Translations under genes and position numbers: made by a program
Part shown: positions 9,464 to 19,041 of the stretch, one piece after another
Numbering within the stretch: position 1 is the first letter of the stretch
Layout: every line of letters starts with the position of its first letter
The notes under the pieces: generated by a model
Told to the model about the DNA's origin: nothing
Database searches by the model: none
The model's input: only the letters and a program-made list of their open reading frames with translations
Assembly (NCBI GenBank): GCA_023954475.1
Contig: JAMLHW010000019.1
Span: 2,768 to 66,767, forward strand
Length of the DNA: 64,000 nt
Direction of reading: 5' to 3'
Source: Anaerolineae bacterium
Lineage (GTDB): Bacteria > Chloroflexota > Anaerolineae > Promineifilales > Promineifilaceae

Positions 9464-11107
9464 TCAAGCGTTTGCCGCCGGGTCTGAGTGGAGTGCTACG
9501 CTGGACAGATTGTGGGCTGCAATGGCGATGGCAGCGTGGTGAGCCATCGTCATCGGTGCGCGATTGTAGAGGTAGTAGCGGCCAAGATGACTGGGCAAGA
9601 CGGTGTGCAAGACGCCGATGTAGCGGCCAAATGCAACGAGCGGACAAACCATCGCTGTGCCACGTACGGGCAGACATGGCTCTGTGACGGGTTCGATGTC
9701 TTTTATTGACAAATTGGCACGCAACATGTCGTCAGCTACGCGCCCGATGAAACCGGTACCTACTGCAATGTTTTCCGGTGGTGCGACACTCTCCAGCCCG
9801 CGCAGTGCCAGTCGATGGTGGATGCCGTTGGTCTCATCGTAAAGATGTAAGGATGCTTGCAGGCTTTCAAAGTCGTTGATCATGGAGGTGGTGAGGATGG
9901 CGGCCACATTTTCGGCCGAATCCTGATTCGACAGTTGTTGAGCAGCAACCTCCAGCGCGATCAATCCCTGATTCGTCTCACCCGAAATCAGGTCGAGTCT
10001 TTGCTCAAGCGCCTGTAACTTCACCTCCATGTCAAATTGATGCTGTTCCAACCGATCGGCATCGTCGGTTACCAGTACCGACGTCAGCGAAGCGATCAAA
10101 ATACTCGTAATGACAAAGCCGACCAAAATCAGACCGACGGTAATCAACCGTCCTTCCAGCGTCGTAGGATTGTAGAGGTCGGCATAACCGCCCGTAATCA
10201 CCGTGGTAAAACTCCACCACAAACTTTGGTCAATGTCGCCGATACTCGATGATTGATTGCCCTCGATCAACAAGATGGCAATGGCGCCGAGTGTCAGCAG
10301 GATGATTGCAGCCCAAACCGAGCGTTTGACCAGTTTGAGTTCGAGGGTGCGCATCAGTTGATCGAGGCCACGGGAGTAGAGAGACAGGGATCGGGCAGCA
10401 CGACTCAGGCGGGCAAAGCGCAGGATGCGGGCAAAACGGGCGATGCGTGCCAAACGGCCCAGGCGCAAAATGCCTGTGGCGGGAATGGATGAAACAAAAT
10501 CGATCCAATAGCGACTGACATACCAGCGCCGGTCTTCTGCTGCCCAGAGTCGGAAGAAGAAATCGCCGAGCAGCAGAAAACAAATCAAGGTGTCGATCAG
10601 GACGAACGTGTTGAATGTTTCGGCCGAAATGGGCACAAAGATTTCGATCAATGTGAGCGCGACAGCAACCAGAATGGCGATGAAGATGACGGCTTCGAGC
10701 AGATTGAGATTGCGTCGGCTGCCTAAAATGCTGAGCAACCTGCTGTGCAGATGTCGTTCGAGCAGGGCCTGGTCGATTTCTTGCAGATGGGCATTGAGTG
10801 TCTTCCATTCGGCCGAAATGCGATTGATTTGCTGCCTTGATCGTTCTGTCTCTACCGGGTTTCCTTGCTGCACGAAGTGCAAAAAAGCTTGATTCGCCGC
10901 ATCCAGCATTTTTTCAACGCGCGCCATTTCATCGAGTAAGGCGTGGCGCATCTGCGTCAGCGTCGGTTCATCACAATCGGTCAGACGCCAATGCGCGGCT
11001 TGCCGCCGGATAGTAGCGACATCGGCTTCGTGGCGTGCAAACTCGCGTACTTTATCGTGATCGTGGTAATTGGCAGGGTTTGGATCGATTGCCGGATCGG
11101 TACTCAT
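9464..11107 (-). CDS. voltage-gated cation channel (Kv-like) with N-terminal coiled coil and C-terminal GAF-like domain
   Basis: S4 helix RLGRLARIARFARILRFARLSRAAR, pore region WWSFTTVITGGYADLY, and a GAF-like C-terminus. ATG 11107 (MSTDPAI) is preferred because the track start TTG 11143 falls inside a TTGACG -35-like box. Confidence 0.75.
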   Translation of the reverse strand: MSTDPAIDPNPANYHDHDKVREFARHEADVATIRRQAAHWRLTDCDEPTLTQMRHALLDEMARVEKMLDAANQAFLHFVQQGNPVETERSRQQINRISAEWKTLNAHLQEIDQALLERHLHSRLLSILGSRRNLNLLEAVIFIAILVAVALTLIEIFVPISAETFNTFVLIDTLICFLLLGDFFFRLWAAEDRRWYVSRYWIDFVSSIPATGILRLGRLARIARFARILRFARLSRAARSLSLYSRGLDQLMRTLELKLVKRSVWAAIILLTLGAIAILLIEGNQSSSIGDIDQSLWWSFTTVITGGYADLYNPTTLEGRLITVGLILVGFVITSILIASLTSVLVTDDADRLEQHQFDMEVKLQALEQRLDLISGETNQGLIALEVAAQQLSNQDSAENVAAILTTSMINDFESLQASLHLYDETNGIHHRLALRGLESVAPPENIAVGTGFIGRVADDMLRANLSIKDIEPVTEPCLPVRGTAMVCPLVAFGRYIGVLHTVLPSHLGRYYLYNRAPMTMAHHAAIAIAAHNLSSVALHSDPAANA

Positions 11108-11281
11108 AAGTGTGTATTGTGCCGATTTCCGCTGTTGCGTCAATATGGCAACCGCTTTCTGCAGAATTTTCGCATTCTGATTTTATAACAGCCGTGTTGA
11201 CTTTTCGGCCGAAAGGTGGCGCAACATGGGCGCATTTTCTATACTACGCGACACAAACCTTGTCCTCAGGAGAGCCACACT

Positions 11282-12961
11282 GTGACCACCGACATCCGCT
11301 TTGATACGTATTATCGCTACGACGCTATCACGCAATTTCTCCACAATTGGCCCGAAAAATACCCCGATCTATGCCGGCTGAGCAGCATCGGTAAGAGCTA
11401 TCAGGATCGCGACATCTGGTTGCTGACGATCACGAATTTCGACACAGGCCCCGATACGGAAAAGCCCGCCTTCTGGATAGACGGCAATATTCATTCTGTC
11501 GAATTGTCAGCGTCATCGGCAGCGCTCTATCTGATCAACCATCTGTTGACGCACTACGGCAGCGACGAACGCGTCACGCACGCACTCGACAGCCGTGTTT
11601 TTTACATCGTGCCGCGCCTCAATCCGGATGGTGCCGAATGGGCGCTGGCTGATGATCCGATCTATATCCGTTCCACAACGCGCCCGTTTCCGCGCACCGA
11701 CCAACTTGATGGTCTGATTCGACGTGACAGCGACGGTGACGGGCGCGTGCTGCAAATGCGCATCAAAGATCCCAACGGTGCGTTCAAGCCCCATCCGGAG
11801 CATCCGCGCCTGATGATTTTGCGCCAGCCAGACGATTTGCCGGGTGGCGACTATTACCGCTTGCTGCCGGAAGGGAAGATTCAAAATTACGACGGCGTGA
11901 CGATCAAGCTGGCACCGCGCAAGCAAGGGTTGGATATGAATCGCAATTTTCCGGTGGAGTGGACACCGGAGCAGGTAACAGGCGGTGACTATCCGGCAAG
12001 TGAGCCGGAAATCCGGTCAGCGGTTGATTTTATTGTCAAGCATCCCAATATCACCGGTGCGATTACGTTTCACACGTTCAGCGGCGTGCATCTGCGTCCG
12101 CCGACAAAGGGGCCGGAATCGGTCTTGCCGACGCGTGATTTGCGGACGTACAAGACAATCGGCCGAAAAGCGACTGAGCTGACCGGTTATGCGGCTATCT
12201 CTGTCCATGAGGACTTTGCGTACGATCCCAAATCCTACATCAAAGGTACGTTTGACGATTGGATGTATGAGCATCGCGGTGTCTATGCCTGGACAACAGA
12301 AATCTGGAGTCCGCAGCAACAGGCCGATCTCAAGGATTACCATTACATCGACTGGATGCGCGAACATTCGGCCGAAGACGATCTGAAGATCATCCGCTGG
12401 TTTGAGGAAAACGCACCCGAAGGATATGTCGACTGGTACGAATACGACCACCCGCAACTGGGTAAAGTCGAGTTGGGAGGCTGGCACGATATTTACTCGT
12501 GGAGCAATCCGCCGCACAAGCTGCTGGAAAAAGAAATCGCACCATTGGCCGAATTTGCCCTGTACCAATGCCTGATTTCGCCCAGACTCGAACTGCACAG
12601 CGTCGATGTTACATCCAACGGTGACACACATCGCATCCGCCTCGTCGTGGAAAACACGGGTTGGCTGCCGACCAACGTCACCGAGCAGGCGTTGAACATG
12701 AAGATCGCACAGCCTGTCGAAGTCGATCTTGAGTTGCCGGAAGGTGCGCGTTTGTTGATGGGCGAGCTAAAGACGTTTGGCGGACAACTGGCGGGGCGCG
12801 ATCATCGCAGTGCGCTCACAATCTGGAGCGCCGATGTAACCGATAATCGGTTGAAAGTAGAGTGGGTGGTTGCCGCGCCGTCAGGAACAACGGTCAACTT
12901 GACTGCGCAACACGACCGCGCCGGTGTCGTGCGCACGTCAGTGGTCCTCGGCAACCATTAG
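11282..12961 (+). CDS. M14 family zinc carboxypeptidase
   Basis: ORF 11216-12961 has the zinc motif GNIHSVELSA (HxxE) and M14-like architecture. GTG 11282 is preceded by AGGAG, so it is the preferred start. Confidence 0.8.
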   Translation: MTTDIRFDTYYRYDAITQFLHNWPEKYPDLCRLSSIGKSYQDRDIWLLTITNFDTGPDTEKPAFWIDGNIHSVELSASSAALYLINHLLTHYGSDERVTHALDSRVFYIVPRLNPDGAEWALADDPIYIRSTTRPFPRTDQLDGLIRRDSDGDGRVLQMRIKDPNGAFKPHPEHPRLMILRQPDDLPGGDYYRLLPEGKIQNYDGVTIKLAPRKQGLDMNRNFPVEWTPEQVTGGDYPASEPEIRSAVDFIVKHPNITGAITFHTFSGVHLRPPTKGPESVLPTRDLRTYKTIGRKATELTGYAAISVHEDFAYDPKSYIKGTFDDWMYEHRGVYAWTTEIWSPQQQADLKDYHYIDWMREHSAEDDLKIIRWFEENAPEGYVDWYEYDHPQLGKVELGGWHDIYSWSNPPHKLLEKEIAPLAEFALYQCLISPRLELHSVDVTSNGDTHRIRLVVENTGWLPTNVTEQALNMKIAQPVEVDLELPEGARLLMGELKTFGGQLAGRDHRSALTIWSADVTDNRLKVEWVVAAPSGTTVNLTAQHDRAGVVRTSVVLGNH

Positions 12962-13000
12962 AAATCGTTTGCGTGCGGACGATTTCCCTGATTCAATAGG

Positions 13001-13051
13001 CTCTGAGAGCGCGGGCATCCTTGCCCGCCTGCAGACAAGATGTCTGCGCTC
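13001..13051. repeat. GC-rich multi-hairpin intergenic repeat (REP-like), copy 1
   Basis: CTCTGAGAGC, then GCGGGCA-TCCT-TGCCCGC, then GCAGACA-AGA-TGTCTGC, closed by GAGC/GCTC. Lies between convergent gene ends and is related to the element at 17857-17955. Confidence 0.55.
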
Positions 13052-13179
13052 CATATCACTTGCGTATTCAGCGAATGAACCACTAAATACTCTGTAACAA
13101 AAGAAGCCTGGCTTTTTCGTCTGGTGCAAACGCTACTCATAGCAAAAGCTAGGTTTCTGAAAACTTCCGTTACAGTGTG

Positions 13180-13551
13180 CTAAACATGTTGGTCGAAGAG
13201 AATCGGGTTTCCGTCCGGATCAGTCAGCATGAAGCTTGCCGGCCCTGTCGTATCTTCATCAGCTTCATTCATTAACGCGACGCCTTGCTCTTTCAAGCGG
13301 CGCTGCAATTCACGAACATCGGTGAATTCAGCGAGTTGGCTGGCGTCCTGGTCCCATCCGGGATTGAAAGTCAGTATGTTTTGGGGAAACATGCCCTGGA
13401 ACAGTCCGATCACCGTTGTGCCGTTCTTCATGATAAGCCAGTTTTGCGTGATGTCACCACCAAATAGCTGGAAGCCCAGTTTTTGATAGAAGTCGCGCGA
13501 TGCTTTGATATCTTTTACGGACAGACTCACTGAAAATGCACCGAGTTGCAT
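13180..13551 (-). CDS. VOC (glyoxalase/bleomycin resistance) family protein
   Basis: 123 aa ORF, MQLGAFSVSLSVKDIKASRDFYQKLGF..., typical of the VOC fold. AGGAG lies upstream. Confidence 0.8.
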   Translation of the reverse strand: MQLGAFSVSLSVKDIKASRDFYQKLGFQLFGGDITQNWLIMKNGTTVIGLFQGMFPQNILTFNPGWDQDASQLAEFTDVRELQRRLKEQGVALMNEADEDTTGPASFMLTDPDGNPILFDQHV

Positions 13552-13686
13552 GGTTTGCTCCTGTTGTATTGCGTATGTACCCTGTCAGAGATTAGAACGT
13601 GTGTTTGATAATCTGGAAACAGTATAGGCGATTTTCGGCCGAAACTCAAGCGACCCAACTCGGCACCACCAATGGCGATTGTAGCA

Positions 13687-13714
13687 TCGACACACCTTGC
13701 ATCAGCGCTATAAT
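13687..13714 (+). promoter_or_regulatory. sigma70-like promoter TCGACA-16-TATAAT ending 6 nt before ATG 13721 (leaderless arrangement)
   Basis: Hexamers read directly. There is no Shine-Dalgarno between the -10 box and the ATG. Confidence 0.4.
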
Positions 13715-13720
13715 TGCGCC

Positions 13721-14491
13721 ATGTTCGATCTAGCCAACTCACACCGCTCTATCCGTTCCTTTACCGACCAGACTGTCGATGATGCACTGCTCAACGACCT
13801 GCTAATGACCGGTTTGCGCAGTTCCAGTTCCGGTAACATGCAAACATGGTCCGTCATCGTGACCCGCGATGAGGCCAACAAGCGCAAGCTGTATGAACTG
13901 CACGTCGAGCAGGAGATGGTGCTCGAAGCGCCGGTCGTGCTCACCTTTTGCGCCGACGTGTTTCGCATGCGCGAATGGATACGCGTCAACGATTCCAAAC
14001 AGAGCTTTGACGATCTGCTCGGTTTTCTGACCGGCGCTGTCGATGCCGTGATTGCGGCACAGACCATTTGTCTCGCAGCCGAGTCGGTCGGGTTGGGCAT
14101 CTGTTACATGGGAACGACGTGGTGGGCAGCCGACGCACTCATCAAATTTTTGGCCTTGCCGCAAGGCGTTTTTCCTGTGACAAGCCTGGTTCTCGGCTAT
14201 CCGGCAGAGGATCCGCCATTGCGCGACCGCTTACCGCTTGATCTGATTGTGCACCAGGAACGCTACAGGCAACTGTCTGATGATGAAATCCGTGCAGGTC
14301 ATGCTGGGCGCGAACAGAAAGCATGGGCGCGGTACAATGCGATTGAATCGGTGCGCACAAAGCTGGCTGAAGCCGGCATCACACGAGTTACCGATTACTA
14401 TACGTCGAATTTCAAGTATTCCAAAGACCTGCACCAGCGCGTCAGCCGGATGCTGATCGAAACGCTGCAAACACAGGGTCTCTGGTTGTAG
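13721..14491 (+). CDS. nitroreductase family protein
   Basis: ORF 13697-14491. SIRSFTDQTVDD and the CYMG region are typical of NADH/FMN nitroreductases. ATG 13721 is preferred over TTG 13697. Confidence 0.85.
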   Translation: MFDLANSHRSIRSFTDQTVDDALLNDLLMTGLRSSSSGNMQTWSVIVTRDEANKRKLYELHVEQEMVLEAPVVLTFCADVFRMREWIRVNDSKQSFDDLLGFLTGAVDAVIAAQTICLAAESVGLGICYMGTTWWAADALIKFLALPQGVFPVTSLVLGYPAEDPPLRDRLPLDLIVHQERYRQLSDDEIRAGHAGREQKAWARYNAIESVRTKLAEAGITRVTDYYTSNFKYSKDLHQRVSRMLIETLQTQGLWL

Positions 14492-14572
14492 CCTTGCTAC
14501 AATGCATGGCAGTATGTGCATTTTGATCTTCAATAACGTGAGTTTGAAACCATCTCAGGAGAAACCTCGGTC

Positions 14573-15439
14573 ATGAAAGATGCTTTGACCGCACTTGAAA
14601 ACACCCCTTTAACCACTTTCCTCGTCGTTGGCGGCATCGTATTGATTGTCCTCGCGCTGGCAGGTGGCTTCAGTGACAAAATCAAGATTCCACCCGAACG
14701 GCAACGGCTGACCGGGATAGTCGGTGTTGTGTTTCTGATCATTGGTGTCGGGTTGTACCTCCTGGCACCAGAGACGGGTGATCAGATCACTGAAAACCCA
14801 ACGCAGACGCCAATAGGTACGGCAACAATCGTGCCGTCACCAACGCCGACCCCACCAACTGCTGCGACGGCGGAGCCCAAGACGTTTGTGCAGACATTTG
14901 ACGTTGCGAAGAGTTGGCCGATAGGTCAATACAACGATACAGTGTTGCGCCTTGAAAACGGCGTCTATATCATGGAAGTCGCCGGAGCCGAACAGACCGC
15001 GTGGTCAACGGCTGACGATAGATTTGCTGACGGCATCTTTTCACTTGAGGGTGCACTGCTCGAAGGTGATTCCGCAGCAAGTTACGGCATCGTTTGGCGC
15101 TCGGACACAAATGCGGATGAATTCTATGCGTTTCAGGTGGATGCGGATGGGTTGGTGTGGATTGGGCGCTGTCTGAATGCCTGTGCGGAACGGGTTATGC
15201 TGGTCGGCAGTGGCTGGTTTGAGTCTGATGCCGTGCGCACAGGGTATAACCAGACAAATGTCCTCCGCGTTGAAGCAGACGGCAGTGCATTCACCTTTTT
15301 CATCAACGGCGTTGAGGTGGGGCGCAGCGTGGATGCGGCGCGGAGTGAGGGCACCATCGGAGTCATTGTAGAAACGGCCAATGGGGAACGGACTGTCGCT
15401 CGTTTTGACAATTTTACGGTGATCTCGGCCGATAATTAA
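14573..15439 (+). CDS. membrane-anchored protein with Pro/Thr linker and ConA/LamG-like (DUF1080-like) C-terminal domain
   Basis: 288 aa ORF with two N-terminal hydrophobic helices, the linker PSPTPTPPTAATAEP, and a C-terminal beta-rich region ending ARFDNFTV. AGGAGA lies upstream. Confidence 0.6.
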   Translation: MKDALTALENTPLTTFLVVGGIVLIVLALAGGFSDKIKIPPERQRLTGIVGVVFLIIGVGLYLLAPETGDQITENPTQTPIGTATIVPSPTPTPPTAATAEPKTFVQTFDVAKSWPIGQYNDTVLRLENGVYIMEVAGAEQTAWSTADDRFADGIFSLEGALLEGDSAASYGIVWRSDTNADEFYAFQVDADGLVWIGRCLNACAERVMLVGSGWFESDAVRTGYNQTNVLRVEADGSAFTFFINGVEVGRSVDAARSEGTIGVIVETANGERTVARFDNFTVISADN

Positions 15440-15541
15440 CCGTCACCGTTTACTGTCTCCATCGCGTTCCATAGCAGCCAAGAGAAGTGGTCGGCAAGAG
15501 AGTCTCAATTGCTGCCGCCAATTTGGTATACTTGACGCCCT

Positions 15542-17818
15542 ATGGATTTACTACACGGACTCAACCCGGCGCAAAGAGCCGCCGTTTCGGCCGAACCCGG
15601 CCCCATTCTCGTCCTTGCCGGCCCCGGCAGCGGCAAAACTCGCGTCTTGACCCACCGTATCGCTTACCTAGTCACCGAACTCGGCGTCGCGCCCTGGCAC
15701 ATCATGGCCGTCACCTTCACCAACAAGGCGGCCCGCGAAATGCGCGAACGCATCGAAAAGCTGATGGGCGGCAGCATGCGCGGTGTGATGATGGGCACGT
15801 TTCACAGCAGTTGCGTGCGCATCTTGCGCCGCGAAGTCGATCACCTCGTCGGCTACGACCGCAACTTCGTCATATTCGACAGCGACGACCAGAAACAGGT
15901 CGTCAAACAGGCACTCAAAGACCTCAATCTGGACGACAAGCGTTTCCAGCCGGCCAAAATGCTCAGCGGCATCAGCACTGCCAAAAGCGAACTGGTCACG
16001 GCGGAACAATACGAAGCGGCCAACTACGTCGCCGAAATTACCAAACGCGTTTACAAACGCTACCAGGAAATCCTGATCGCCAACAACGCAATGGATTTCG
16101 ATGATTTGCTGCTCAACACCGTGCTGCTTTTCGACGGCAATCCCGACGTGCTGCGTGCCTATCAGGAACGCTACCAACACATCCTCGTCGACGAATTTCA
16201 GGATACCAACTCAGTGCAATATGAACTGGTCAAACGGTTGTCGGCGTTGCACCAGCATATCTTTGTCGTCGGCGATGCGGATCAGTCGATTTACAAATGG
16301 CGTGGTGCCGATTTCCGCAACATTCGTCGTTTTGAGAAGCAGTTCCCTGGTGCACGACAAATTCTGCTGGAGCAAAATTACCGCTCGACGCAGCTCATTC
16401 TCGATGCAGCCAAAGCGGTCATCAAGCGCAACAGTGACCGCGTGCACAAGGAACTGTTTACGGAACGACGCGGCGGTGAGCGGCTTGTCATTCACGAGGC
16501 GTACAACGAAAGTGATGAAGGGCAGTATGTGGTCGACTCGATTGCGATGTTGACGGCACAGGGGCGCGAACCGGGTGATGTGGCGGTGATGTACCGCACG
16601 AATGCCCAGTCCCGCGCGCTGGAAGAAGCGTTTATTCGCGCCGGTTTGCCGTATCGTCTGGTCGGGGCGCAGCGCTTCTACGGACGGCGTGAGGTCAAGG
16701 ATGTCATCGCTTATTTGCGGCTGATCCACAATCCACGCGACGATGTCAGTTTCGGCCGAATTATCAACGTGCCCAAACGGGCTATTGGCCGCACGACGCA
16801 GATGCAGATTCAACAATACGCGCAACAAATCGGCTTCAGTTCGGCCGAAGCCGTCATGCTGCTGGCCGGAGATGCCACATTGCCCCATCCGTTTAGCGCG
16901 CGTGCCTTCAACGCGCTCTCGCACTTCGGCAACCTGCTCAACGGATGGGTTGCCGTGCGCGACGCCATGCCCGTCGGCGAACTGCTCGACCTCGTGCTGG
17001 AGCAAACCGATTACCGCAGCTACATCGACGATGACACGCCGGAAGGGGCCAGCCGCTGGGAGAATGTCATCGAACTGCGCGGTGTCGCGAGCGAGGCCGA
17101 CGACACATCACTGGCTGATTTTCTGGAACAGGTGGCCCTCGTCGCCGACGCCGACCGCACCGAAGGCGGCCCCAACGCGCCGACGTTGCTCACCTTGCAC
17201 GCGGCGAAGGGACTGGAATTCCCGATTGTCTTCATCACCGGCGTTGAAGACGGCATTTTGCCGCACAGCCGTTCGCTGGACGACATGGAAGAGATGGCCG
17301 AAGAACGCCGCCTGTTTTACGTTGGACTCACGCGAGCCGAAGATCGCGTTTACTTGACCCGCACTTTCCGGCGTACCCTATGGGGCAATTCGGATGTCGC
17401 TGTGCCGTCGCGGTTTTTGCAGGATTTACCGGCCGATGTGGTGGAGAGCGCCGCCGGTTCCCACAGCAGCCGGCAGCAGTCACAAAGCCGCATGACGAGC
17501 TGGAACTGGTCGAACCCGGACAACGCACCTCGTGGCCGTTCGACTCATCGCGCCCGCGCGTCCCGCCCGACCACTGAATACCGCACCCGCCAGCCTTTGC
17601 CGCCGTCACGCAGCGCCCAGCCTGAGCGGGAACGACAATCCGCACCCATACAGGCACAGTTCAAGACGGGCCAGCGTGTCAGGCACGGCAAGTTTGGCGA
17701 AGGGATTGTGATCGAGTCGAAGCTGACAGGTAATGACGAAGAGGTCACGGTCGCGTTCAGCGCTGCCGGTATCAAACGGCTGGCGGCGAGTTTTGCCAAA
17801 CTCGAACTGCTGGAATAG
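15542..17818 (+). CDS. pcrA: ATP-dependent DNA helicase PcrA/UvrD
   Basis: 758 aa ORF with LNPAQRAAV, Walker A AGPGSGKT, DEFQDTN, VGDADQSIYKWRGA, and the C-terminal GQRVRHGKFGEGIV Tudor-like tail. Confidence 0.92.
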   Translation: MDLLHGLNPAQRAAVSAEPGPILVLAGPGSGKTRVLTHRIAYLVTELGVAPWHIMAVTFTNKAAREMRERIEKLMGGSMRGVMMGTFHSSCVRILRREVDHLVGYDRNFVIFDSDDQKQVVKQALKDLNLDDKRFQPAKMLSGISTAKSELVTAEQYEAANYVAEITKRVYKRYQEILIANNAMDFDDLLLNTVLLFDGNPDVLRAYQERYQHILVDEFQDTNSVQYELVKRLSALHQHIFVVGDADQSIYKWRGADFRNIRRFEKQFPGARQILLEQNYRSTQLILDAAKAVIKRNSDRVHKELFTERRGGERLVIHEAYNESDEGQYVVDSIAMLTAQGREPGDVAVMYRTNAQSRALEEAFIRAGLPYRLVGAQRFYGRREVKDVIAYLRLIHNPRDDVSFGRIINVPKRAIGRTTQMQIQQYAQQIGFSSAEAVMLLAGDATLPHPFSARAFNALSHFGNLLNGWVAVRDAMPVGELLDLVLEQTDYRSYIDDDTPEGASRWENVIELRGVASEADDTSLADFLEQVALVADADRTEGGPNAPTLLTLHAAKGLEFPIVFITGVEDGILPHSRSLDDMEEMAEERRLFYVGLTRAEDRVYLTRTFRRTLWGNSDVAVPSRFLQDLPADVVESAAGSHSSRQQSQSRMTSWNWSNPDNAPRGRSTHRARASRPTTEYRTRQPLPPSRSAQPERERQSAPIQAQFKTGQRVRHGKFGEGIVIESKLTGNDEEVTVAFSAAGIKRLAASFAKLELLE

Positions 17819-17856
17819 ATTGAACGGCGCTTTCGGCTCGCATCCTGACTGCCTAA

Positions 17857-17955
17857 CTCTGAGAGATTTTGGGAGCGCGGGCATCCTGCTCGCCAGTGGT
17901 GATGCGACCAAGATGGTCGCGCTCTAGTCAGTCCGATGCGGACAAAGATGTCCGC
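17857..17955. repeat. GC-rich multi-hairpin intergenic repeat (REP-like), copy 2
   Basis: CTCTGAGAG, then three hairpins: GCGGGCA-TCC-TGCTCGC (one G-T pair), GCGACCA-AGA-TGGTCGC and GCGGACA-AAGA-TGTCCGC. Lies between convergent pcrA and protease ends. Confidence 0.55.
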
Positions 17956-18015
17956 GTTCCGATCCCAAATTTTGGTTTTCGAGGTGCCGGAGACAGCTTT
18001 TGGTCGAGTTGGGTT

Positions 18016-18867
18016 CTATCCATCGATTTGATAACCACCAAACGCAGGTGCGTTTTCGCCGTTTGTAGCGCGTGGCATTGGAACCAACATCTCGACCGCC
18101 AGCTCAGCTGCAATACAGCCGGTTGTCGCTACTGTGCCGCCGTTTCCGTCAGCCGCGACGTTGATTTTTGTCGACCACATATTGCCCACCAGTTGACCAT
18201 CCAGCCACACGCCGCCGCCGGAATCGCCGGGAATGATCACGTCCCCGTTTAACGTGCGCAAATCGACAGTCTGACGTCCGTTGTGTGTCCTGTCGACTTC
18301 GACCTGAGCCACAACGACGTCGATGATATTGTCCAATGTCGGATGTTGGCGGGCGACATAGACAATGTCGCCTACACTGGCATCGGTTTCATTGTGCCAT
18401 TGGAAAGGCTCTACGGCATCGCTCACGGTCTGTGGTGTCAGCAAGACGACTGTGCCACCGTCGCGGTAGCGCAGCAGTTGCGCGAATTCCGGGCCGCTCA
18501 TTTCGGTTAGCACAGTGCCCCATGCGTTCAGCATCTGAATCGTAAAGCGTGCATCGCTCATTGTCGGCCAGTGGTCGTGGGTCACGATGCGGTGTTCACC
18601 GTCGACGTTGACGACTGTGCCGATGCCGTTGTACTGTTTGCGGCTCGTTGCCTGCTCTGTTGCGCCGTTGTCGTTCGTGATTTCAACGATTCGCGCCGGA
18701 CCGTACATGACGATGCGAATCGATGCGTTCAATATTGCTTGGCGACGATTCGGGTCAATTGTGTAGGCTGTCGTGTCTGTGACGTTTTCCACGTGAGCCA
18801 GAACGGTTGTTGCCAATACGGTGAGCATGATTACTAAAATAACGGTGGTTGTGGCTTTGCGTAACAT
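18016..18867 (-). CDS. secreted trypsin-like (S1) serine protease
   Basis: GDSGGGVW active-site serine motif. ATG 18867 (MLRKATTTVILVIMLTVLATTVLA signal/anchor) is preceded by GAGGA. The track start at 18930 is probably too far upstream. Confidence 0.75.
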   Translation of the reverse strand: MLRKATTTVILVIMLTVLATTVLAHVENVTDTTAYTIDPNRRQAILNASIRIVMYGPARIVEITNDNGATEQATSRKQYNGIGTVVNVDGEHRIVTHDHWPTMSDARFTIQMLNAWGTVLTEMSGPEFAQLLRYRDGGTVVLLTPQTVSDAVEPFQWHNETDASVGDIVYVARQHPTLDNIIDVVVAQVEVDRTHNGRQTVDLRTLNGDVIIPGDSGGGVWLDGQLVGNMWSTKINVAADGNGGTVATTGCIAAELAVEMLVPMPRATNGENAPAFGGYQIDG

Positions 18868-18969
18868 GGTCGTCCTCGCTGCTACATTCCTGTTTTCTGC
18901 TTTGCTCACGGGGTTGCGTGAGCGTTGCAAACAGGATGCCAGCGAGGCATGAACCAGTTGTCAGTCCGG

Positions 18970-19041
18970 GCGTGAACAGATGGGGACAAAAACGTGATGG
19001 ATTTCACGCCAGCGTGAACAAATTCGGCCGAAGCGTGAACA
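18970..19041. promoter_or_regulatory. array of direct repeats GCGTGAACA phased at about 21 bp (candidate SARP/OmpR-type operator)
   Basis: Exact GCGTGAACA at 18970, 19012 and 19033 (spacings 42 and 21), plus a degenerate ACGTGAT at 18992. Lies in the divergent region between the protease and the BTAD-kinase gene. Confidence 0.4.

Noticed and set aside
10230-10808. 192-aa alternative-frame ORF inside the channel gene, and the TTG start at 11143 for the channel.
   Set aside because: The alternative frame is Arg/His/Pro-rich. TTG 11143 lies within the TTGACG -35-like box of the promoter that fits ATG 11107.
15487-17005. Long alternative-frame and antisense ORFs over pcrA (15487-16104 plus strand, 16211-17005 minus strand, 16743-17357 plus strand).
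   Set aside because: They are Arg/Pro/Gln-rich with no motifs. The PcrA frame carries all the helicase motifs. Such shadow ORFs are expected in GC-rich DNA.
17869-18252. 127-aa plus-strand ORF starting MGARASCSPVVMRPRW.
   Set aside because: It reads through the GC-rich hairpin repeat and then runs antisense to the S1 protease gene. This is typical of a spurious ORF generated by REP-like elements.
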